DNA from: a phage
Reading direction: 5' to 3' (one strand)
Sequence record: PZ154895.1
Length of the DNA stretch: 64,000 nucleotides
Below are positions 27,578 to 36,782 of the stretch, in pieces. A program made the translations under genes and the position numbers. Each line of letters opens with the position of its first letter. Positions within the stretch are counted from its first letter, which is position 1. The notes beneath the pieces were generated by a model that did no database searches, was not told the DNA's origin, and worked only from the letters and a program-made list of their open reading frames with translations.

Positions 27578-28040
27578 AGTAGCAAAACATTATTCAATAG
27601 AATTTATGTCTAAAGAAGGTAAATCAGTAAATACACTTGATAAAAAGTGCTCATTAATTATTCCTTTAGCAGAAAATCCGGATATTTTAATTAAAGATAT
27701 AAAAGAAAGAAAATATCCAGAAAATGTTATTCTAATTATAAAGCATACTGAAGATATTTTGCAGAATACTGATTCACCATTTTCTTCTTCTGAAGCTTTA
27801 ACTATTAAAGGCTATAAAAGAGCTCATGAATATGGTCTTTTTGACCTGTTTGAAGACGATAAAGTTAAATTAGCGAGTCAACCTTCTAAAAGTAAAACAT
27901 TCATTATTGAAGATATTAAAGATATAAATGCATTTGTTAAGATGGTCTGGGCTCATTTTGATGTTGGACTGCGCTGGAGAATGTCCGAAGAAGAAAGAAA
28001 AATTATTGAAGCTAATCGTTATTTTGGTTTTTATCGCTAG
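27570..28040 (+). CDS. hypothetical protein, 156 aa
   Basis: ORF with GAGGAAA RBS. Confidence 0.5.
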   Translation: MIEVAKHYSIEFMSKEGKSVNTLDKKCSLIIPLAENPDILIKDIKERKYPENVILIIKHTEDILQNTDSPFSSSEALTIKGYKRAHEYGLFDLFEDDKVKLASQPSKSKTFIIEDIKDINAFVKMVWAHFDVGLRWRMSEEERKIIEANRYFGFYR

Positions 28041-28048
28041 GAATTAAT

Positions 28049-28231
28049 ATGGATTTATTTGAGATGTTAGAAGATAATCATTCTACGAATATCCAGAATG
28101 ATTCTAGTGATTATAAGAAAGAGTACCGTATAGTATTACAGAATTATGGAATTGAAGCCCCAGATGCTCTTCTAGAAGAACTAGCTTCATACCATCTTGA
28201 CCCTCCGCCCTGGGCTCCCTGGGCAAAATAA
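28049..28231 (+). CDS. hypothetical acidic protein, 60 aa
   Basis: ORF upstream of mod promoter. Confidence 0.4.
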   Translation: MDLFEMLEDNHSTNIQNDSSDYKKEYRIVLQNYGIEAPDALLEELASYHLDPPPWAPWAK

Positions 28232-28242
28232 TTCACAAAGTT

Positions 28243-28272
28243 GTTTACTTTCCTTCCTAACAATGATATGAT
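28243..28272 (+). promoter_or_regulatory. early promoter upstream of modB
   Basis: CACAAAGTTGTTTAC cassette (as at 301-320), 18 nt, TATGAT. Confidence 0.5.
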
Positions 28273-28298
28273 AGCTTCTGAAGTATATGGAGGCTATC

Positions 28299-28922
28299 AT
28301 GATTATTAATCTTGCAGATGTTGAACAATTATCTATAAAAGCTGAAAGCGTTGATTTTCAATATGATATGTATAAAAAAGTCTGTGAAAAATTTACTGAC
28401 TTTGAACAGTCAGTTCTTTGGCAATGTATGGAAGCCAAAAAGAATGAAGCTCTTCATCGGCAGTTGAATAAAATCGTTAAAAAGCATTTAACTAAATCGC
28501 CTTATCAGTTATATCGTGGTATATCAAAATCGACAAAAGAACTCATTAAAGATTTACAAGTTGGAGAAGTGTTTTCAACGAACAGAGTAGATTCATTTAC
28601 TACTAGTTTGCATACAGCGTGTTCTTTTTCTTATGCTGAATATTTCACTGAAACAATACTTCGCTTAAAAACTGATAAAGCTTTTAATTACTCTGACCAT
28701 ATCAGCGATATTATACTTTCTTCTCCTAATACTGAGTTTAAGTATACATATGAAGATACTGATGGATTAGATTCAGAACGTACTGATAACTTAATGATGA
28801 TTGTGCGTGAACAAGAATGGATGATTCCAATTGGAAAGTATAAAATAACTTCTATTTCAAAAGAAAAATTACACGATTCATTTGGAACATTTAAAGTGTA
28901 TGATATTGAGGTAGTTGAATGA
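28299..28922 (+). CDS. modB: ADP-ribosyltransferase ModB (by position, size and motifs)
   Basis: 207 aa; ART-like Arg / S-T-S / EQEWMIP motifs; tandem with paralogue. Confidence 0.6.
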   Translation: MIINLADVEQLSIKAESVDFQYDMYKKVCEKFTDFEQSVLWQCMEAKKNEALHRQLNKIVKKHLTKSPYQLYRGISKSTKELIKDLQVGEVFSTNRVDSFTTSLHTACSFSYAEYFTETILRLKTDKAFNYSDHISDIILSSPNTEFKYTYEDTDGLDSERTDNLMMIVREQEWMIPIGKYKITSISKEKLHDSFGTFKVYDIEVVE

Positions 28923-29521
28923 AATATTCAGCAATGCAATTAAAAGATTTTAAAATCAAATCAATGGATGCATCGGTGCGTGCTTCTATTCGTGAAGAAT
29001 TACTTTCTGAAGGATTTAATTTATCTGAAATTGAACTTTTAATTCATTGTATTACTAATAAGCCAGACGATCATTCTTGGTTAAATGAAATAATCAAATC
29101 TCGTTTGGTTCCAAACGATAAACCTCTTTGGAGAGGTGTTCCAGTTGAGACTAAGCAGGCGTTAAATCAAGGAATTGATATTATTACATTTGATAAAGTA
29201 GTATCAGCTTCATATGATAAAAATATAGCTCTACATTTTGCTTCTGGATTAGAATACAATACGCAAGTTATTTTTGAATTCAAAGCTCCTATGGTATTTA
29301 ATTTTCAGGAGTATGCTATAAAAGCTCTACGTTGTAAAGAATATAGTCCGAGTTTTAAATTTCCGGATAGCCATCGTTATCGTAATATGGAATTAGTTTC
29401 AGATGAACAGGAAGTAATGATACCAGCTGGAAGTGTATTTAGAATTGCGGATAGATATGAGTATAAAAAGTATTCAACATACACTATCTATACTCTTGAC
29501 TTTGAAGGATTTAATCTATAA
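28919..29521 (+). CDS. modA: ADP-ribosyltransferase ModA (by position, size and motifs)
   Basis: 200 aa; LWRG...EQEVMIPAGSVF motifs; ATGA overlap with modB. Confidence 0.6.
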   Translation: MKYSAMQLKDFKIKSMDASVRASIREELLSEGFNLSEIELLIHCITNKPDDHSWLNEIIKSRLVPNDKPLWRGVPVETKQALNQGIDIITFDKVVSASYDKNIALHFASGLEYNTQVIFEFKAPMVFNFQEYAIKALRCKEYSPSFKFPDSHRYRNMELVSDEQEVMIPAGSVFRIADRYEYKKYSTYTIYTLDFEGFNL

Positions 29522-29577
29522 TGGAAGGACTTAGATTCATTATACCATGAAAGTTTTAAAGCATTTTTCATAAAGTT

Positions 29578-29607
29578 GTTTACAAGCTAAAGTAAAAATG
29601 ATATAGT
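29578..29607 (+). promoter_or_regulatory. early promoter upstream of srd
   Basis: GTTTAC 29578-29583, 18 nt, TATAGT. Confidence 0.5.
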
Positions 29608-29636
29608 ATAAGTAGTTAACCGTCCGTGAGAAAAAT

Positions 29637-30383
29637 ATGAAACTGTCTAATAATCAAATTCGTAAAATTACACGTCGTTTAGAGCACACTCAGGCATCTG
29701 CCAAAAGACGTTCTAAAGATTTTAACTTAGACTTCAATTACATTAAGAACATTTTAGATCAGAAAGTTTGCGCTTACTCGGGAGAACCTTTTGATAATCG
29801 TATTGAAGGAGAGAAATTATCATTAGAACGTTTTGATAATAATGTTGGATACATTAAAGGGAATGTTATTGCAGTAAAGAAAAAGTATAATACATTTCGT
29901 TCTGATTATACTTTAGAAGAGTTGATTGAAAAGCGTGATTTATTTGCTTTGCGAATTGGTCGTTCATCTGCGAAAAAAGTTCATAAACTAAATTTAGATG
30001 AAAAGAAATGGGCTAAAATCAAAAAGACTTATAATCAAATTAAAGCTATACAGAAAAAACGTGAAAACCGAATTGAGCACATTTCTCAGCTTTCTAAATC
30101 AAAACAAACTTCTGACGTTAAGCTAACGATTATAGCACTCAAAGCTCGTATTGATGGTTCTCGTATAGCAGAAGGCGCTGAAGTTGTTAAATTGAACGTT
30201 CTTCTTAAAGGCTCGGATTGGAAAACTGTGAAAAAGCTGTCAGAAGCAGAAATGCAATATGATATGTGTGATAAAATTATTCAAGGTGTAGAGCGGTATC
30301 AAAACTTGTCTTTTATTGATAAACTTAAACTGAAAAGAGGATACCCGCTAAATTGTTCAATTTTTAAACTTATCCGAGGATAA
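29637..30383 (+). CDS. srd: Srd (sigma-70-related anti-sigma-like protein), by position and size
   Basis: 248 aa basic protein between modA and dda as in T4. Confidence 0.55.
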   Translation: MKLSNNQIRKITRRLEHTQASAKRRSKDFNLDFNYIKNILDQKVCAYSGEPFDNRIEGEKLSLERFDNNVGYIKGNVIAVKKKYNTFRSDYTLEELIEKRDLFALRIGRSSAKKVHKLNLDEKKWAKIKKTYNQIKAIQKKRENRIEHISQLSKSKQTSDVKLTIIALKARIDGSRIAEGAEVVKLNVLLKGSDWKTVKKLSEAEMQYDMCDKIIQGVERYQNLSFIDKLKLKRGYPLNCSIFKLIRG

Positions 30384-30384
30384 T

Positions 30385-30696
30385 ATGTTTTATGTATATG
30401 CGATAGTGTATAGAGATAAAGATGGATTTGCGGTGCCTGTTCCTCTTGATGAACATCGTCCTGCTGTATTTTTTGAAAGGGAGATTGCTGATAAAGTATT
30501 TACTACTCTTAAAGAGCAGTATCGACTAGCTTTAGGTATGGGAATTCCGAGATTAGTTGAGACTCCACGCAAGTTTTGGTTTAATAAAATAGAAGTTAAA
30601 CATGTTAAGCCTGATGTAGACACACAAAGATTATATCAGCGAATTTTAGATACTGGGCGTATTGTTAGTATACCAATTGCAGGGAATTTACGATGA
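30385..30696 (+). CDS. hypothetical protein, 103 aa (dda.1 position)
   Basis: ORF abutting dda start. Confidence 0.5.
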   Translation: MFYVYAIVYRDKDGFAVPVPLDEHRPAVFFEREIADKVFTTLKEQYRLALGMGIPRLVETPRKFWFNKIEVKHVKPDVDTQRLYQRILDTGRIVSIPIAGNLR

Positions 30697-32012
30697 CATT
30701 TGATGATTTGACAGAAGGCCAGAAAAATGCCTTTAACATCGTTATGAGGGCTATTAAAGAAAAGAAACATCATGTAACTATTAATGGACCTGCTGGTACT
30801 GGTAAGACTACTCTTACTAAGTTCATCATTGAAGCCTTAATATCTACGGGCGAAACTGGCATTATTTTAGCAGCTCCTACACATGCAGCTAAAAAGATTC
30901 TTTCAAAACTATCAGGAAAAGAAGCAAGTACTATTCACAGTATTCTTAAAATTAACCCAGTAACATACGAAGAAAACGTTCTTTTTGAACAAAAAGAAGT
31001 ACCGGATTTAGCTAAATGCAGAGTATTAATCTGCGACGAAGTGTCAATGTATGATAGAAAGCTATTTAAAATTCTGCTTTCAACTATCCCGCCATGGTGT
31101 ACTATAATTGGAATAGGTGATAATAAGCAAATTAGACCTGTTGACCCAGGAGAAAACACTGCTTATATTAGTCCATTCTTTACGCACAAAGACTTTTATC
31201 AGTGTGAACTCACTGAAGTTAAACGCAGTAATGCTCCTATTATTGATGTAGCTACTGATGTTCGTAACGGTAAGTGGATTTATGATAAAATTGTTGACGG
31301 ACATGGAGTACGTGGATTTACTGGTGATACCGCTTTACGCGATTTTATGGTAAATTATTTTTCAATCGTCAAATCACTAGATGATTTGTTTGAAAATCGT
31401 GTAATGGCATTTACGAATAAATCTGTTGATAAGTTAAATAGCATTATTCGTAAAAAGATTTTTGAAACTGATAAAGATTTTATTGTCGGTGAAATTATTG
31501 TAATGCAGGAACCATTAATTAAAACATATAAAATTGATGGAAAGCCTGTGTCAGAAATTATTTTTAATAACGGACAATTAGTTCGTATTATAGAAGCAGA
31601 ATATACATCAACATTTGTTAAAGCTCGTGGTGTTTCTGGAGAATATCTAATTCGTCATTGGGATTTAACAGTAGAAACTTACGGCGATGATGAATATTAT
31701 CGTGAAAAGATTAAAATAATTTCATCTGATGAAGAGCTGTATAAGTTTAACTTATTTTTAGGTAAAACTGCAGAAACTTACAAAAATTGGAATAAAGGTG
31801 GAAAAGCTCCGTGGAGTGATTTTTGGGATGCTAAATCACAGTTTAGTAAAGTGAAAGCACTTCCTGCATCAACATTCCACAAAGCTCAGGGCATGTCTGT
31901 AGACCGTGCTTTCATCTATACGCCTTGTATTCATTATGCAGACGCTGAACTAGCTCAGCAGCTTCTTTATGTTGGTGTAACACGTGGTCGTTATGATGTG
32001 TTTTATGTATGA
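30693..32012 (+). CDS. dda: Dda DNA helicase (SF1B)
   Basis: 439 aa; MTFDDLTEGQKNAFNIVM...; Walker A GPAGTGKTT; matches T4 Dda. Confidence 0.95.
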   Translation: MTFDDLTEGQKNAFNIVMRAIKEKKHHVTINGPAGTGKTTLTKFIIEALISTGETGIILAAPTHAAKKILSKLSGKEASTIHSILKINPVTYEENVLFEQKEVPDLAKCRVLICDEVSMYDRKLFKILLSTIPPWCTIIGIGDNKQIRPVDPGENTAYISPFFTHKDFYQCELTEVKRSNAPIIDVATDVRNGKWIYDKIVDGHGVRGFTGDTALRDFMVNYFSIVKSLDDLFENRVMAFTNKSVDKLNSIIRKKIFETDKDFIVGEIIVMQEPLIKTYKIDGKPVSEIIFNNGQLVRIIEAEYTSTFVKARGVSGEYLIRHWDLTVETYGDDEYYREKIKIISSDEELYKFNLFLGKTAETYKNWNKGGKAPWSDFWDAKSQFSKVKALPASTFHKAQGMSVDRAFIYTPCIHYADAELAQQLLYVGVTRGRYDVFYV

Positions 32013-32018
32013 TTAAAT

Positions 32019-32279
32019 TTGAGGAAGCTATTCGTGGAAATAACTAAAGACCAGTTTTATCTACTTCAAGATAAAGTGAGCGAAATTTATGAAATAGCTT
32101 ATAGTAAAAATCGCAAAAATGTGAAAATTGAATCAGGCAAGTTAATGCTTCAATTGGAAGAAATTGAACGAGATTTGATTGCGTTAGAATTCTTTTGCGG
32201 TGAAGTGAAAACTGTTACAATCAGTGATTATGTTTTAGGTGAAATTAGTCATCTTTATAAGGCGATTATTAATGATTGA
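32019..32279 (+). CDS. hypothetical protein, 86 aa
   Basis: ORF after dda. Confidence 0.45.
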   Translation: MRKLFVEITKDQFYLLQDKVSEIYEIAYSKNRKNVKIESGKLMLQLEEIERDLIALEFFCGEVKTVTISDYVLGEISHLYKAIIND

Positions 32280-32514
32280 ATTAAGTTTGCATCAGTTTAA
32301 ATCTCTTATGACAAATGTTAAAGCTGTCATTGAGGAAAATCCAGGACCTGATAATGTTACTATTCGCGAAAAAGCTTCAAAGATAGTATACAGTCTTGAA
32401 GAGATACAAAAAGATATTGAATCTATGGAAAAATTTATTGATGAGCCCATTAATAAAGTTTATATCCAAGATTATACTGTAGGTCAAATTCGCGATTTAG
32501 CGAGGAAAATTTAA
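32272..32514 (+). CDS. hypothetical protein, 80 aa
   Basis: ATG 32272 overlapping upstream stop; paralogue-like of previous ORF (both end ...KDI/RDL). Confidence 0.45.
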   Translation: MIELSLHQFKSLMTNVKAVIEENPGPDNVTIREKASKIVYSLEEIQKDIESMEKFIDEPINKVYIQDYTVGQIRDLARKI

Positions 32515-33197
32515 TGTTTGATTTTATTATAGATTTTGAAACAATGGGAAGCGGTGAAAAGGCAGCTGTTATTGATTTGGCTGTTATTGCCTTTGACCCT
32601 AATCCAGAAGTAGTTGAAACATTTGATGAATTAGTTTCACGCGGCATTAAAATCAAGTTTGATTTAAAAAGCCAAAAAGGACATCGTCTTTTTACTAAAA
32701 GCACTATCGAATGGTGGAAAAATCAGTCTCCCGAAGCTCGAAAAAATATTGCACCATCAGATGAAGATGTAAGCACCATCGATGGTATTGTAAAATTTAA
32801 TGATTACATCAATGCACATAACATCGATCCTTGGAAATCTCAAGGCTGGTGCCGTGGAATGTCGTTTGATTTTCCAATTTTAGTCGATCTCATTCGCGAT
32901 ATTCAACGTCTTAATGGCGTTTCTGAGAATGAACTTGACACATTTAAGTTAGAACCATGTAAATTCTGGAATCAGCGTGATATTCGTACCAGAATTGAAG
33001 CACTTCTCCTTGTTCGTGATATGACCACGTGTCCTCTTCCAAAGGGAACTTTAGATGGATTCGTTGCACATGATTCTATTCATGACTGTGCGAAAGACAT
33101 CCTGATGATGAAGTATGCTTTGCGGTATGCTATGGGTCTTGAAGATGCTCCGTCAGAGGAAGAGTGCGATCCTCTATCTCTTCCAACAAAACGATAA
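32514..33197 (+). CDS. dexA: DexA exonuclease A (DnaQ-like 3'-5' exonuclease)
   Basis: 227 aa; MFDFIIDFETMG... DEDD-type motifs; length equals T4 DexA. Confidence 0.9.
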   Translation: MFDFIIDFETMGSGEKAAVIDLAVIAFDPNPEVVETFDELVSRGIKIKFDLKSQKGHRLFTKSTIEWWKNQSPEARKNIAPSDEDVSTIDGIVKFNDYINAHNIDPWKSQGWCRGMSFDFPILVDLIRDIQRLNGVSENELDTFKLEPCKFWNQRDIRTRIEALLLVRDMTTCPLPKGTLDGFVAHDSIHDCAKDILMMKYALRYAMGLEDAPSEEECDPLSLPTKR

Positions 33198-33203
33198 AAA
33201 GTT

Positions 33204-33233
33204 GTTTACTTCCTCGGTTAGTTGTGGTATTAT
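33204..33233 (+). promoter_or_regulatory. early promoter
   Basis: GTTTAC 33204-33209, 18 nt, TGTGGTATTAT. Confidence 0.5.
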
Positions 33234-33260
33234 AACACCATAGCTACTGAGGATAATAAA

Positions 33261-33761
33261 ATGAAAATTTATCGTGTTGAATCATCGTTTAGTATTCTTG
33301 ATTATGAAGATGCTATAACAATACGTCGAAATCTTTGTGTTCAAATAACGCCGTACAGGAGTATAATAGATTCATGGAGCGAAGAGTGGCTATTACACGT
33401 AGGTTATGACAGACCTAATTTTATGCATCATAGCGATAATAATAAAAGAATTCCTTTACCGCACGAAGATAAACTATTAGTTAAAAACGCTAATATAGTA
33501 ATTAATACTAAGTTCAAGAAAGATTATGTTGGAGTAGAATATCATATTCCAGGATGGTTTATAGCTCTTTATCATTTTGCTTTCGCTAGCGAATATGATA
33601 TGATGAGATGGTTCACACGAGAAGAGCGGGAAGAATTATCTTCTAAAGGATTTTATCTCGCTGTATACGAAGTTCCTGAAGATGAAGTTATCATTGGCGG
33701 GCACCAAGTAATGTTCCGCAAATCGCATGCTGAACTCATAGATTTTATTGAAATGAGATAA
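33261..33761 (+). CDS. hypothetical protein, 166 aa
   Basis: GGATAATAAAATG leader. Confidence 0.5.
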   Translation: MKIYRVESSFSILDYEDAITIRRNLCVQITPYRSIIDSWSEEWLLHVGYDRPNFMHHSDNNKRIPLPHEDKLLVKNANIVINTKFKKDYVGVEYHIPGWFIALYHFAFASEYDMMRWFTREEREELSSKGFYLAVYEVPEDEVIIGGHQVMFRKSHAELIDFIEMR

Positions 33762-33763
33762 TT

Positions 33764-34306
33764 ATGAAATTTAATTATAATCCTGAATACATACCAAATC
33801 CGGTAGCTAAACTGATTGATTTTGATGTTGTAAGCACTTATGTATGCCCTGTTAAACCATTGGAAATTAAGGAACCTACTATGACTACCGCTATTGAAAT
33901 CGGCAAAACCTACAAACTGGTTGAACCTGAAATTAAAACTAATGCCTTGATTTCCGGCCATAAAACTCTGACTGATGTTTTTGGTGAAGGCGAATTTACT
34001 GTTGAAGACTTTGAAAAAAGTAAATGGTTTACTAAATCTTATATTGTCCACGGTCGTCGTTTAGACAATAACAAAATAGAGAAAATCCTGGTTTATGAAG
34101 CAGAGTTCATCCTGTTCCAAGAAGTTGAAGAACAAGACCCTACAGACCTTCTAACTCGTGCGGTAGCTATCAAGACTCCATTTATTTCAGTCTGTGGTTG
34201 GGTAACAGACCAATGGATTGAAGATGGCGTTGAACTTCTGAACGTTGTTCATGCAGGTGATTTTAGCGTAGTACCTCGTAGTGCAGTGGTAGCTATTTTG
34301 AATTAA
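33764..34306 (+). CDS. hypothetical protein, 180 aa; paralogue of downstream MotB-like ORF
   Basis: C-terminal TDQWIEDGVELLNVV shared with ORF 34383-34880 (TDQWVEDGVKLYNAV). Confidence 0.5.
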   Translation: MKFNYNPEYIPNPVAKLIDFDVVSTYVCPVKPLEIKEPTMTTAIEIGKTYKLVEPEIKTNALISGHKTLTDVFGEGEFTVEDFEKSKWFTKSYIVHGRRLDNNKIEKILVYEAEFILFQEVEEQDPTDLLTRAVAIKTPFISVCGWVTDQWIEDGVELLNVVHAGDFSVVPRSAVVAILN

Positions 34307-34308
34307 TA

Positions 34309-34344
34309 GTTTACAAACTCTTGGGACCAGAGTATAATGGTCCC
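34309..34344 (+). promoter_or_regulatory. early promoter with inverted repeat around the -10
   Basis: TAG-GTTTAC fusion; TATAAT 34333-34338 inside GGGACCA/TGGTCCC stem. Confidence 0.55.
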
Positions 34345-34382
34345 GCGGAGTATAAAATCTTTTTAACAAGTGAGAGATAACT

Positions 34383-34880
34383 ATGATTATTAATATTGGT
34401 GAAATTGCTCGTGTATCTGATAAATCCCGTTCTAAAGCAGCAGGAAAATTGGTCGAAATTGTAAGCATTCAGCTTAAACATGGTGTTAAAGATGAAGATT
34501 CTGAAGTAAAAGTGCGTATCATTCCTAAAGATGGAAAGTCTAAACCTCAGTTTGGCTATGTTCGTGCGAAATTTCTTGAGTCTGCGTTTTTGAAAGCTGT
34601 TCCTGCTAAAGGAATTGAAACGATTGATACTTCGCATGTAGGTGTAGACTTTAAGTGGAAACTCGGTCAGGCTATTAAGTTCGTTGCTCCTTATGAATTC
34701 GAATTTACTGAAGATGAGGAAGGGGTTGTTCAAAAACATCGTACTCGTGCTATGTGTGCATACATTACTGATCAATGGGTAGAAGATGGTGTTAAGCTAT
34801 ACAACGCGGTATTTTTAGGAACATACAAAGTCATTCCTGAAAGTTGGATTAAACACTATAGCAAAGCTCGCTGTGCATAA
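34383..34880 (+). CDS. motB: MotB-like protein (by position and size)
   Basis: 165 aa between dexA and gene 39 blocks. Confidence 0.45.
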   Translation: MIINIGEIARVSDKSRSKAAGKLVEIVSIQLKHGVKDEDSEVKVRIIPKDGKSKPQFGYVRAKFLESAFLKAVPAKGIETIDTSHVGVDFKWKLGQAIKFVAPYEFEFTEDEEGVVQKHRTRAMCAYITDQWVEDGVKLYNAVFLGTYKVIPESWIKHYSKARCA

Positions 34881-34977
34881 AGTTTAAAATTTTTTCATAA
34901 AACTATATACATCAGTAGTTGATTATGGTACTATATCAATATCAACTACTGATACAGAAAACAACTTGGAGAATAAA

Positions 34978-35247
34978 ATGGAAAACTTAATTATCATCGA
35001 GCAATCTTTCAACGATTATGGTATGGCTTACGGTTATCGTGCGATAATGGAAGATTCTTGTGGATGTGTTATCGATATTGCTGAATGTAAAGATTTACTG
35101 CAGCTTTTGAAGATTGTTCGTAAAAATTGGGATTGTGAAAACATTAAAGTTCGTGTTGTAACGGAAGAAGAAACTGTTTTTCATGATGTAAAATTTGCCA
35201 AAGGTGCTGCTACTCTTCTGAAACGCATCGCTCCACTGTTCAATTAA
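34978..35247 (+). CDS. hypothetical protein, 89 aa
   Basis: TTGGAGAATAAAATG leader; track ORF trimmed. Confidence 0.45.
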   Translation: MENLIIIEQSFNDYGMAYGYRAIMEDSCGCVIDIAECKDLLQLLKIVRKNWDCENIKVRVVTEEETVFHDVKFAKGAATLLKRIAPLFN

Positions 35248-35260
35248 TGAGGAAATTGTA

Positions 35261-35476
35261 ATGAAACGTAAAATTGTTCAGAACTGCACTAATGACGAAT
35301 TTGAAGATGTATTATTCGATCCAGATTTGGTAGTAGTTCAAAAGGAACACACCATTAAGTTTACTCACTTGACTTCGGTTTATGTTTATGAAAAGGTTGG
35401 TGATAAACAGCCAATTTACGGTGTATTTCGTGAAATTACTGAAGATGGCACAACTTACTGGAAGGAAATTTATTAA
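35261..35476 (+). CDS. hypothetical protein, 71 aa
   Basis: GAGGAAA RBS. Confidence 0.45.
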   Translation: MKRKIVQNCTNDEFEDVLFDPDLVVVQKEHTIKFTHLTSVYVYEKVGDKQPIYGVFREITEDGTTYWKEIY

Positions 35477-35895
35477 TGGCTATTAGATTTGAAGTTAATA
35501 AATGGTATCAATTTAAAAATAAACAAGCTCAAGAAAATTTTATTAAAGACCATACTGATAACGGAATCTATGCACGACGTTTAGGTATGTATCCTTTTAA
35601 AATTTTAGATGTGGACGCTCTTGGGCGTCCTATTAAAATTTTGTCATCTACTGGAAATTTAGTACTATCTTCTGGTAAAGATGTTTTGGATGAAGACTTT
35701 ATTTGGCTTTCAAAAAGTGAAGCTGGGTTCTTTGATGAAGTGGAAAATCCATATCAGGCTGCTGAAGAACAAGAGCAGGAAGAGCAAGAACAAATAGAAG
35801 ATTTCACAGAATTCCCGGTAATGAAAGTTACTATTGAAAATAATGAACAGGCATGGTCCTTGTATCAGATGTTGAAAGCACATTTTAAGGAATAA
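35476..35895 (+). CDS. hypothetical protein with acidic [10 protein letters not shown] tract, 139 aa
   Basis: ORF with start overlapping upstream stop. Confidence 0.45.
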   Translation: MAIRFEVNKWYQFKNKQAQENFIKDHTDNGIYARRLGMYPFKILDVDALGRPIKILSSTGNLVLSSGKDVLDEDFIWLSKSEAGFFDEVENPYQAAEEQEQEEQEQIEDFTEFPVMKVTIENNEQAWSLYQMLKAHFKE

Positions 35896-35897
35896 TT

Positions 35898-36074
35898 ATG
35901 CCAATGTATGATTATAAATGCCAATCCGAAGATTGTGGGCATGAATATGAAAAAATTAAAAAGATTTCTGAACGAGAAAATGATGTTTGCCCTAAATGTC
36001 ATCGTTTGTCTACTCGTCGGCCTTCTGCTCCTAAGCATGTGAATGGTGGATTTTACGACTTACTTAAAGGGTGA
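35898..36074 (+). CDS. small zinc-ribbon protein (CxxC-N-CxxC), 58 aa
   Basis: MPMYDYKCQSEDCGHEYE...CPKCH; not in track. Confidence 0.45.
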   Translation: MPMYDYKCQSEDCGHEYEKIKKISERENDVCPKCHRLSTRRPSAPKHVNGGFYDLLKG

Positions 36075-36076
36075 TT

Positions 36077-36448
36077 ATGTTTAAAATCGGTAAGAAATAT
36101 CGTGTTCGCGAAGGTGAAGAAAAGAAATATCTACTTTCTGCTAGTAATAGGAATAGTTCTATTAATGCTGTAATATTGACTAGTGAATTTATCGTTGAAG
36201 ATATGAAAGGTCATAATGTTACAATGATTAGTACAGCATCTGGAAATGATGGAAAAGTTCTTCATAGTCTGCGGAGTAGTGTTCTAATTTATGATGAAGA
36301 ATTTGACTTCTTCAAAGAAGTTTCCGAAGATTTTGATTTTGAATGCACTATCACTATGAAATCTGGCGACCCTCTTTCTTTTACAGTTAAAGATGAAAGA
36401 AGTCGCTTGAGAATTATTAGTCTTCTTCAAGCCATTAAATTTGAGTGA
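36077..36448 (+). CDS. hypothetical protein, 123 aa
   Basis: Track ORF 36071 trimmed to ATG. Confidence 0.45.
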   Translation: MFKIGKKYRVREGEEKKYLLSASNRNSSINAVILTSEFIVEDMKGHNVTMISTASGNDGKVLHSLRSSVLIYDEEFDFFKEVSEDFDFECTITMKSGDPLSFTVKDERSRLRIISLLQAIKFE

Positions 36449-36713
36449 AATTATGAAATATGTTAATCGTTCTATCGCGGCAATAGTATTAGCAGTATCT
36501 TTAGTAGGATGTACTGATGCTGATAATGCAACCAAAGTTCTGTCTTCAAGTGGTTTTACTAATATTGAAATCACTGGATATAATTGGTTCGGTTGCTCTG
36601 AAAATGATTTCCAACATACTGGATTTCGTGCTATTGGACCTACCGGGCAGAAAGTAGAAGGAACAGTATGTTCTGGTCTTTTCTTCAAGGATTCGACTAT
36701 CCGTTTTAAATAA
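36441..36713 (+). CDS. putative lipoprotein, 90 aa
   Basis: Signal peptide with lipobox LVGC. Confidence 0.5.
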   Translation: MSEIMKYVNRSIAAIVLAVSLVGCTDADNATKVLSSSGFTNIEITGYNWFGCSENDFQHTGFRAIGPTGQKVEGTVCSGLFFKDSTIRFK

Positions 36714-36732
36714 AAGGCCTTCGGGCCTTTAG
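36714..36732 (+). terminator. intrinsic terminator AAGGCC-TTCG-GGCCTT
   Basis: Directly after lipoprotein ORF. Confidence 0.75.
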
Positions 36733-36782
36733 CTTTATGATTACCGGAGTATAATATTCCCGAAACCAAACGAGGATAAGTG

